Shown piece after piece: positions 53,059 to 64,000 of a stretch of 64,000 nt of DNA. This stretch comes from Octopus sinensis. Its lineage: Eukaryota. The stretch spans positions 19,778,001 through 19,842,000 of the forward strand of contig NC_043003.1 of assembly GCF_006345805.1 (NCBI RefSeq), in the 5' to 3' direction. Numbering within the stretch: position 1 is the first letter of the stretch; each line of letters starts with the position of its first letter. The notes beneath the pieces are model-generated. The model was not told the origin of the DNA, made no database searches, and saw nothing but the letters and a program-made list of their open reading frames with translations. Position numbers and translations under genes: made by a program.

Positions 53059-53722
53059 ACACACACACACACACACACATACACACACATATTACATTAA
53101 AAGTCAGTTTGAATCTTGTTTGCTTGCAATGTTACCCAGCCAAACTGGCGCATAATGGGAAAATACTTCTATGAATTAAGTTTACCCTGAAATGTTAATA
53201 CGAACGGAATAAAACAAGCTTCGCGTAAATCGGATGAGTGGTTGTTAAGATATTAGAAGTTTTCGGGGTAGAAATACTCAAAACGCTGCACAATTGGAAA
53301 ATATTCTGAAAATAATCATAATCCTGAAAGGGAAGAAGCTCTTATCATTCGATTAGACACAGTGACTTGACAGCGAAAAAATACGATTTGTTTTTTTACA
53401 GTAAATGTTTCTATTTTCACTTTTGTTAAGCACAGTATTTTAATCATTTAGAAAGATTTTATAAGTGAATGTGATTTCAAAATTGTAAGTTGTTTGTACA
53501 GTAAGTATTTATAGTTTAGCTTTCTTTAAATAGACAATATTTTAATGTTTTTAAATTATTTTCAAATGAATACCATTACAAAAAATATTTTTTTGGCATA
53601 TTTAAAAAATATTCTAAAGTAATATTTTGTAAAATATTTTGTAAAAGATACATTCGTAACCTCGGTGTGAAGTTTTTCCATAGGATTTTTTCGAGTGCAT
53701 TCAACGTATCTCACCTCCAAAT

Positions 53723-53833
53723 ATTTGGCTGCTATTTCTAGCTTGCCCTGCTACCACGTAACAGCTATTTGCGATAAAGGACCCGAAATACCTGTTATGT
53801 AGTAGTAGGGAGCGCAAGAAATAGCAGCCAAAT
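53723..53833. repeat. Imperfect ~48-bp inverted repeat (small foldback element)
   Basis: atttggctgctatttct...ccctgctaccacgtaacag / ctgttatgtagtagtaggg...agaaatagcagccaaat. Confidence 0.75.
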
Positions 53834-54002
53834 CTTTCCTTTTCTGGGGAACGGAGCCGTTTACGCGTGATTTCGATGTCACATTCGTTAAAAGCATGCG
53901 AAATAACCTGGAAAAGAAAAAAACCCCACGAAACAAAAAACTCTGTTGCTGGGAAACTCTGTGTTTCTCGGTGACCCAACGGATCATGGATAGTCTAGTC
54001 TA

Positions 54003-54322
<320 letters not shown>

Positions 54323-54339
54323 AATATATATATATATAT

Positions 54340-54432
<93 letters not shown>

Positions 54433-54787
54433 ATGTGTGTCTAATTGCGTTAGCACACATTATTCATATGTATAGATTAGGAAAGAGAAACAAATGAGAA
54501 ACAAGTCATTAAAAAAACGAGCAAAGTGAAGAACGAAAATTGATGGAAGAGAAAGCGTGGAAGAAATAGAAAAAGTAGTAGTAGAAGTAGTAGTAGTAGT
54601 TGTAGTTGTAGTAGTTGTAGAAGAAAGAAGAGCATGAAGAGGAGGAAGAAGGGAAAGAAGAAAAGAAGAGTGGAGGGAGAAAAGAAGGAAGAAGAAAAAG
54701 GAGAAAAGAAGAAAAGGAGGAAGGAGAAGAAAAAAGAGGTAGAAGAAGAAGAAATTACCGAAGTTATTCTTGTTGCTTATTTTTGAT

Positions 54788-54850
<63 letters not shown>

Positions 54851-55017
54851 TATATATTATATATATATATATATTATATATATATATGTTTTTCCTCTAT
54901 TGTATATAGCCGTAAGGCTTTGTGTTGTTATGTATGTATAATTCTTCGTCTGTTGTATTTATATGCCTTGTTTGTTTCTGTCTCCGTTTACATTCGCAAG
55001 CTTTTTCCCAGTAGCTT

Positions 55018-55060
55018 CATTATCATTGAGACCTGGCGTCTCCAGGTCTCAATGATAATG
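55018..55060. repeat. Perfect 19-bp hairpin
   Basis: cattatcattgagacctgg-cgtct-ccaggtctcaatgataatg. Confidence 0.9.
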
Positions 55061-55599
55061 GCGCGAAACCGCAATGATATTTTGGTTCATTGACTGACGA
55101 GGAAAACTCAGGTGCGAATATTCCGTGCATAGCGTCTTTGTCTATATTTGGTAGAGTGGATTGATAGACAGAAAAGAAACTCGTTATATATATATATATA
55201 AACAAATTAAGGAACGGCCATACGGCCATAATAGGCCGTTCAACTCACTAGAAATAACAGCCAAGGCTTCAACCGCAAAATAGTAGTAATTCGTAAACCA
55301 GGAGAAAATTAAAAAAACATTTACCCTGTTCATCTTTAGGCAATGCATTGTTTCATCGTTTTTTAATGGTAAATCAGCCTGATTAAATTAAATCAAGTCA
55401 ATCTACCATAGGCCAACAAATTCATCAGAAAAGTAAGCCAGGAGGGAGAGAAATTACACGAGGCAGCTACATTACCGCTTCGGCAATATCTGACCTAAAA
55501 TTTTCAAAATCATCGTACTCGCGCCAATTTATCGGCAGCAAATATAAGCTGCAGATTCCATATATATGTATGTATGTATGTGTGTGTGTGTGTGTGTGT

Positions 55600-55641
<42 letters not shown>

Positions 55642-56303
55642 GTGTGGTGTGTGTGTGTGTGTTACCGATAATATATACGTACCCGACTCAGAAAAATTAG
55701 TACTGGCACCGATTTGTTTAATTAAAACCATTCATAGCGGTGCCTCAGCATGGCCGCAGTCCAATAACTGAGACGAGTAAGCAATAAAAGATAAAAAAAC
55801 GGTAAGGGATGGGAGACAACTTCGAGCATGTTTCGGTATTATGATGATATTGGACTCAATTCACTGTACTTTCTAAAGTAGTAATGGGACAATCACAAAA
55901 TAAACGTACCAGATTCTACATAAGATACTGCAGGAACATAGAATCGTTACAGAATATTTTATTCATAGACGAGATCTACATAAAGAACTTTATTTAATAT
56001 AGTGTCGACATATTTAATGAGGGAAGCATTAAAATGCTAACCAGAAACAAATATGCGGTGATGAAAGATGATGATATTAATCAATAATGAATAATGTTAT
56101 TTTGATAGATCGCTTATTTTTAACATTTCCTCACAATGGTTATGTATATATTTATATAGATATATGTGTATGCATATGAGTGTGTGAGTATACATATAAG
56201 TAAATGTGTGTGTGTGTGTGTATGTACATACAATAGGTACCATCTATATGCAATTATGTATGCATGTATGTATATGTGTGTTTGAATGCACGTACATATA
56301 GAG

Positions 56304-56342
<39 letters not shown>

Positions 56343-56424
56343 TACATAATTTATATATACATGTGTATCTATTATATATGGGAATATATACATATATATG
56401 TACATGTATGTATATATATGTTTA

Positions 56425-56455
<31 letters not shown>

Positions 56456-56463
56456 ATATATAT

Positions 56464-56503
<40 letters not shown>

Positions 56504-56568
56504 TATATAAACACATGTAAATATATACATGTACGTTTGTTAAAATATATACATGTACATATACATAA

Positions 56569-56599
<31 letters not shown>

Positions 56600-57115
56600 T
56601 ATATGTATAGGGAGAGAGAGAGAGAGAGGGGGGGAGGGAAACGTATACTTGTATTTCGGACGAGTGAAAAAGCATAATGCATTAAATAATGGCTGCTGAA
56701 AACCTCTTTACGATATTACTTCACTTTTCTTTTGGGGTTTCTACTTAAAGTACACTATTGGTATTTTGTTGCAACTGTATGTAGGGAATAAAATATAAGA
56801 CACAAAATACAAATTGGAAGATGTGTCGGTGCACGGGGAATTTGAAAATATATACGAAAAATATTCGGGAACCTTTGTGGTTTAAACACATGAAATGAGG
56901 TAGTATGAAAATAAATATGCATATTATACGGATGGATAGAAGGGTAATAATAGAAATGCTTTCATATTATACATGTTTCGGCAAAAATGATCTACTACTA
57001 TTAGATTTGCATAGATATAATAGAACTTTAATCATCCCGTATGTGAAGGGCTATCGAAGGGCTAGCTTTAGAATAATGTGATTCTAATAATCCTAATATA
57101 TATAAAAAATTAGTT

Positions 57116-57630
57116 CGCGGCTGTGTGGTAAGAAGCTTGCTTCTCAACCACATGGTTCCGGGTTCAGTCCCAGTGTGTGGTACCTTGGCCAAATGACTGA
57201 AACAAGTTAAAAAAGGAGTAATAAAGTTTGTAGAATATAAGCGCAGGCGTGGCTCCGTGGTAAGAAGCTTGCTTTCCAACCACACAGTTCCGGGTTCAGT
57301 CCCACTGTGTGGCACTTTAAGCAAGTATCTTCTACTATAGCCTCGGACTAAACCAAAGCCATGTGAGTGGATTTGGTAGACGGAATCTGAAAGAAGCCCG
57401 TCGTATATATATATATGTTTGTGTGTCTGTGTTTGTCCCCCCCAGCATCGTTTGACAACCGATGTTGGTGTGTTTACGTTCCCGTGTCTTAGTGGTTCAG
57501 CAAAAGAGACCGATAGAATAAGTACTAGGCTTACAAAGAATAAGTCCTGGGGTCGATTCTTTCGAATAAAGGCGGTGATCTAGCATGGCTTCAATCAGTT
57601 GACTGAAACAAGTAAAAGAATAAAAGAATA
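57116..57630 (+). mobile_element. Internally deleted SINE A (57116-57210) followed by a full SINE A (57241-57630)
   Basis: The first copy joins head directly to the tail end; the second is complete. Confidence 0.88.
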
Positions 57631-58434
57631 AAAAATGATTATTTCCAATAGATCTTTACTTCCAGTTGATGGAGAATCATTGACCCGTACAGCATGTGCA
57701 ATAATATAACGATGTATTAAAAAAGAGCGGCTTTGAGTATGAAATAACACATGGAATCAAAATTATGCACGTACAGAAGCAAGAAAATAAATAAATATTT
57801 TCAGACTATCAACTAGCTTAAATGTTGCTTCTAACATTATGAAATTCTTCCCAAATTTACTGAAAAAAAAAAAAAATCCTTAAATGGTAGTGCTCTTGGT
57901 AATATCTTCTTCACTATTATTGTTTTCGTTGCTGTTGTCCCTATTGCTTTCTGCTTTCTTTTTGGTTATGGTGTCGATTGATTCGTTCGACGTATTGACG
58001 TCATCTTCAACCATTTTTTCCCTGCAGGCCATCGATATTATCGTCTTTGCCACTTTATATTGAATTATTTTGAATCTTGCTTGTTTGTTGTTGTTGCTTT
58101 TACCGAAGCTGTTTTCTACTTCATCTATATTGCACCATGGCATCAGTAGTGCTGTAAGAGTTAATACCTGTATATTTATTTTTATATTTCTCCGCGACGT
58201 CTGACGAAAATACTTTGACAAACAAAATTTTCAAGTCAGACGACAGTTTTGGCGTTACTGTTACCACTGCTCCTCCATTTCAAAAGCCAAGTTATTTACA
58301 TTTTACATAAAATGTCCACTCAATGCTCACAATTAAATAACTTTGCTTAACCTAATTAAGTGGAGGCCCCTAAATCCTTTCCCCACTCTCGAGAATGTCA
58401 AGGATTTCAACTTTTATCAACGACATTTATGAAA

Positions 58435-59361
<927 letters not shown>

Positions 59362-59364
59362 CGC

Positions 59365-60405
59365 TTTCATTTATTTGCCACTAGAGCAAAAAATGAGGGG
59401 GACAATACAGAGACAGACATAAAGTGTGGGGCTTACATATAATGAAATGATAAAAAAAGATGAAAGAAAGAAAGTATACATGGAATACACTGAAAAAGAA
59501 GGGACATATGCATTGTATATAAAGGTTTTTTAAAATATGGGGAGAGGATAATAGGGGAGGATGTGGCCCTCCTGATAGAGGGAGACCTCAAGAGATAAAC
59601 GAGGGACCCTATTGTCCAAGATTTCCCTGAAATCTCAGGAGCAAGTGCCCTCTCCAGTTCCTTCTCTCCGACTTACAGGTCTACACTTAGAGAGGTGCCA
59701 TCCACTCTTGCCATTTTCGCTACTTTCACCCACCTGTCAATAAGCTCACTCGAGGATAGCACTTCCATCTCCACTCTCAATTTCCCTTTCAAGTGAAACT
59801 TGAAGAAGTCAATGAGAGCCCTACCAAGGAGGAATGTGTCAGTCCTCATACTTTTCAGTCTTGTCCATCAAACAACCTCTTTCGCCACAGCCACCAGGCA
59901 AGAGAAAACTGCTTTGTCTGCCCGATTGAAGGAGAACGGCAACGCGATCATCACTACAGACTAGGCTGACAGACGGATCCGACCCACACGTGACAGCAGC
60001 TGTTCGACATAACCCCACTAAGTCAGCAATGCCCAGACACTGAACGAGGGCGTGCAGAATGGTTTCATCACTCTGCACACACCTCGGACAATCCCGTCTG
60101 ACAACACATCCGTGCCTGTAGAGTTTGTTTCGAACCGGTAGCGTCCTACCCCCGGTAGTACTTCCAGGCCAAGGACATCTGGAAATTATCCATGATAGTT
60201 CCCAAACGGAATGTCCTCCGGAACAGACTAGCCAGTTCGTTCTCGTCGGCGCCCAGAGTCTCCCCGAGAATGTCGTCGCACTTCCCCGCCACTAATCCTC
60301 TATAAATTTCTAAAGCGGAACAACCGACTGGCAGATGGCTCTAAGCACCTGACGATATTCTGGGTACCAGGCTCCCAGTCTCGGTCTTTTCTTTACCCAG
60401 GACTG
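59365..60405 (-). mobile_element. Tx1/L1-group LINE 3' fragment
   Basis: C-terminal zinc motif CPRCVQSDETILHALVQC; ORF ends DRWVKVAKMARVDGTSLSVDL* at 59673; ~300-bp 3' UTR. Confidence 0.78.
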
Positions 60406-60459
60406 CATCATCCTCCTTCTCCTCCTCCTCATCATCATTAGCATCAAGAACGACAACAT

Positions 60460-60501
<42 letters not shown>

Positions 60502-60779
60502 CGACAACACAGCTATCAGAAGTTCCTCAAGTATTTATCTCTGTGACAATTAAGAATTTCTTATTGAAACCAATTTCGTTTGTTTAATTCATGAATATCT
60601 CTGGAAAAGACAACAAAACCTCAAACCCCCACATACTTTTCCACTACCCAAAGGTGGGTGGGTGGGTGGTGGGAATTTCCCATATTCTTATTGATCAAAT
60701 TTTTAATATGCATAAACTTCAGACAGTTAAGCCAGTGTATTCTTACTAGCTAATATTCTTTTATTCTACCCCACCCCCA

Positions 60780-60988
60780 CCCAGTGCTGTCAGCACAACG
60801 AGCAACAAACCTTCTCCAAACATCCTGATTGCTCGCTTTTCTCTCAGCTCCACTCGGACCGACTCCCATCGCTATCAAGTAGTCCCGGAACGTACTGCTC
60901 CACGTCTTCCACAGTCATTCTCCTCAGTACATTTCTTCTTTCTGGCGTCCACTCCATCATGATGGTAATGTATCTCTCCTGCGGTAAT
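60780..60988 (-). mobile_element. RTE 3' fragment, same family as 13585-14195
   Basis: accatcatgatggagtggacgcc...caggatgtttggagaagg matches 14009-14170. Confidence 0.85.
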
Positions 60989-61170
60989 CTCTTATATAAA
61001 ATCTGTTCTGTCTGTGTGTGTGTGTAGGTCTTCTAGGATCTCGGGCATCCTCCATCCGATTGCGCTCAAATTTGATATGTAAATACCGACGGTATCAGGG
61101 CGTGTATAAGTCTTGAAAAATTTACAAAAATCGATTCCAGGTGAGAATACGATCGATAAGGCCATTTTTG
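60988..61170 (+). mobile_element. Helentron/HINE-like element end
   Basis: cttatataaaa, (GT)n, then ccgattgcgctcaaattt; the same layout as 50399-50520. Confidence 0.45.
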
Positions 61171-61440
61171 TCCTGCTTTTCTTCCGTCAACCTGTTCATA
61201 ACTGCACCTTCCATTTTTTGTTGTTTTTGTACTGCTTAAAGACACGTTTCTTCTCTGCCAAGCTTACTGTTTAAACTATGTTTGTGTTCTTCCAGTCAAC
61301 AGCCTTATCATTACTGGTACTTTAAACTCTTCAGTTGCATATTTGTGTGAATAAAATCGTTTTTCTTTGGAATAGAAAAAACGTTTATCTTTATTTCTTC
61401 TTTTGCTGGTGTCTCAAATTTAGGTTAAATCAGTGTTTCT

Positions 61441-61613
61441 CGACTTAATCTCTTTGTCTGTTCTTGTTTGTCCCCTCTGTGTTTAGGCACCTGTGGGCAA
61501 TAAATAAATAAGAAACGTTAGCACGCCGGGCGAAATGCTTAGCAGTATTTCGTCTGTCTTCGTGTTCTGAGTTCAAATTCCGCCGAGGTCGTCTTTGCCT
61601 TTCATCCTTTCGG
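61441..61613 (+). mobile_element. SINE B tail joined to a truncated SINE B head
   Basis: Junction near 61511. Confidence 0.85.
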
Positions 61614-62524
61614 GAGGCCCAAACACATACACAAACACAAACACACATATGTATACAGAGACATACAAACGACAATGCGCACACACACATATATATATAC
61701 ATGCATGATGTATATATACCCACGCATACATACATACATACATACATACATACATACATCCGACATACATTCAGACATTCATACATAATGCATACATACA
61801 TACATACACATACATACATACATACATACATACATACAAACATACATACATGCATACATGCATACATAATACATACTCATACATACATACATACATACAT
61901 ACATACATACATACATTCATACTAAAACCACCACAGTAATCTAGTTTTATCATTTTTATAAATTTTTTCCAGTATTTTAGTCTGGGTTTCTTGTACTTCG
62001 ATAAAAAAGATAGTTGTGAATGTGTATGTATATATGTGTGTATATGTGTATATATGTGTACATATATATTTATGTGTGTATATATGTATCTATGTATATA
62101 TATACGTATATGCATATATAAATATACATATATGTATACACACACACACACATATATATACTACAGTTCTCCCATCATTCGCCAAATTCTTATCGATCGA
62201 TTTATCTATCTAAATGTGTGTGTATATTATATATATATATATATATACATATTTACACATACATTTGTGCCTATATACACATGTATATGAATGCATTTGT
62301 ATATATGTATAATATATATATGCGATATATAATTTATATTCACACACACATATATACACATCCGTATTTCTCTCTCTCTCTCTCCCCCTCTCTCTCTCTA
62401 TATATATATACACATTCATAGATACATACATATATATATATATATATATCCATATGCATATGCTTATTTGTATGTATGTATGTATGTATGTATGTATGTA
62501 TGTATGTATGTATGTATGTGTGTA

Positions 62525-62557
<33 letters not shown>

Positions 62558-62579
62558 TCATCTATCTATCTATCTATCC

Positions 62580-62650
<71 letters not shown>

Positions 62651-62672
62651 CATGTCTCTCTTTCTCTTAATG

Positions 62673-62703
<31 letters not shown>

Positions 62704-63108
62704 GTATGTATGTATGTGCGTGTGTGTGTGTGCATGTGTGTGTATATGTGTGCATATGCATACACATAAAAGTATGTGTTGACACCGAATGACGTACTAC
62801 ATTCCCGCATTTCAGGCTCCCATTAAAAGTCTGGTTATTGTATCATTATTTTCAAATCTATCTTTGTCAGCAAAATTCATCAAATCTATCTCACTTTCCT
62901 CTCCTTCTCCTCCACCTCCTGCTCAATTTTTCCCTCCTTCCTCAGCCATCAGGACGCTGATCTTTCTAAACATTGACTGCACAAGTAATAGTTATCTTGC
63001 TCTTTGTCACCAATATCACGTTCGACAACTCTGCATCATGTAAATTATGTTTTATAAAATACACTCATGTATACATACTCGCTTCCTTACTAACACTAAC
63101 ACACGAAG

Positions 63109-63141
<33 letters not shown>

Positions 63142-63189
63142 ATTTCAGGAATCTTACAAAAAAGAAATATTTGTGAAATTACTTGTATG

Positions 63190-63900
63190 TAGCGGTGGTA
63201 TTAAAAAGTTCCCGGACTACTTCTGTTGCGTGCCAACAGATGACAGCACACGGCTGCATGTACCGTGAGAGCTAGCAGTGACTTTTATGAAGCAGAGTGT
63301 CGAGTGATAGAACTGTATTTACTTCGCAAAAAGGCGGCGAGCTGGCAGAAACGTTAGCACGCCGGGCGAAATGCGTAGCCATATTTCGCCTGCCGTTACG
63401 TTCTGAGTTCGAATTCTACCGAGGCCGACTTTGCCTTTCATCCTTTCGGGGTCGATAAATTAAGTACCAGTTACTGGGGTTGATATAATCGATTTAATCC
63501 GTTTGTCTTTCTTTGTTTGTCCCCTCTGTGTTTAGCCCCTTGTAGGTAGTAAAGAAATATGTATTTACTTCGCAAGTCGTGAAATTTGTGTTTTCGTGAT
63601 CACGTGTATGCTGTTGTCTGCGACTTTTGTCATGGACAGGAAGTTGGAACAAAGAGCAAACGTGAAATTTTGCGTTAAACTTGGGAAGACTGCTACAGGG
63701 ACATTGATTATGCTTCGGCAAGCTTACGGTGACGTGGCAATGGGTCGTACAGTATGTTTCGAGTGGCATTGACACTTCAAAACGGATGAACATCCTTGCA
63801 AGACGGTGAGCGATCTGGAAGGCCTGCCACGAATGTCACCACCGGATGTGGAGAGAATTCGTCAGTTTGTGTATGAGGATCGTCGGAGGACAATCAACAA
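63190..63900 (+). mobile_element. Mariner transposon 5' fragment
   Basis: ATG at 63632: MDRKLEQRANVKFCVKLGKTA..T..ML.QAYGD..M....FEW, later ERSGRP; TIR-like gcggtggtattaaaaagttcccggac. Confidence 0.88.
63333..63559 (+). mobile_element. SINE family B inserted in the mariner
   Basis: 16-bp TSD tgtatttacttcgcaa at 63314-63329 and 63560-63575. Confidence 0.93.
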
Positions 63901-63922
63901 GAGAGAATTACAGTGAGAGAGA

Positions 63923-63986
<64 letters not shown>

Positions 63987-64000
63987 TAGATAGATAGATA

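Overview
AT-rich animal genomic DNA that is almost entirely repeats: intronic or intergenic sequence, most likely from an octopus (inferred from my recollection of the tRNA-derived SINE families and the very high microsatellite load). I recognise no host gene, and most ORFs in the supplied track are microsatellite or SINE artefacts. Contents: dozens of tRNA-headed SINE copies in about five modular families (called A-E here); decayed non-LTR retrotransposons (RTE, CR1-like, Tx1/L1-like, R4/Dong-like, Penelope-like); DNA transposons (a full-length DD37D/maT element, two mariner fragments, a Tigger/pogo 5' end, MITEs, Helentron-like non-autonomous elements). Best signal: an intact type I hammerhead ribozyme fold (5688-5746) inside a ~464-bp terminally redundant non-coding unit embedded in (TA)n, a candidate retrozyme or Penelope pseudo-LTR, with three more degenerate hammerheads elsewhere. 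Also notable: a ~1.1-kb near-perfect palindrome, SINE B multimers with fixed junctions, a 3' tail shared between SINE B and Tx1-like LINEs, and a tRNA-head/Tx1 chimera. All coordinates were read by eye; the ends of decayed repeats are approximate.
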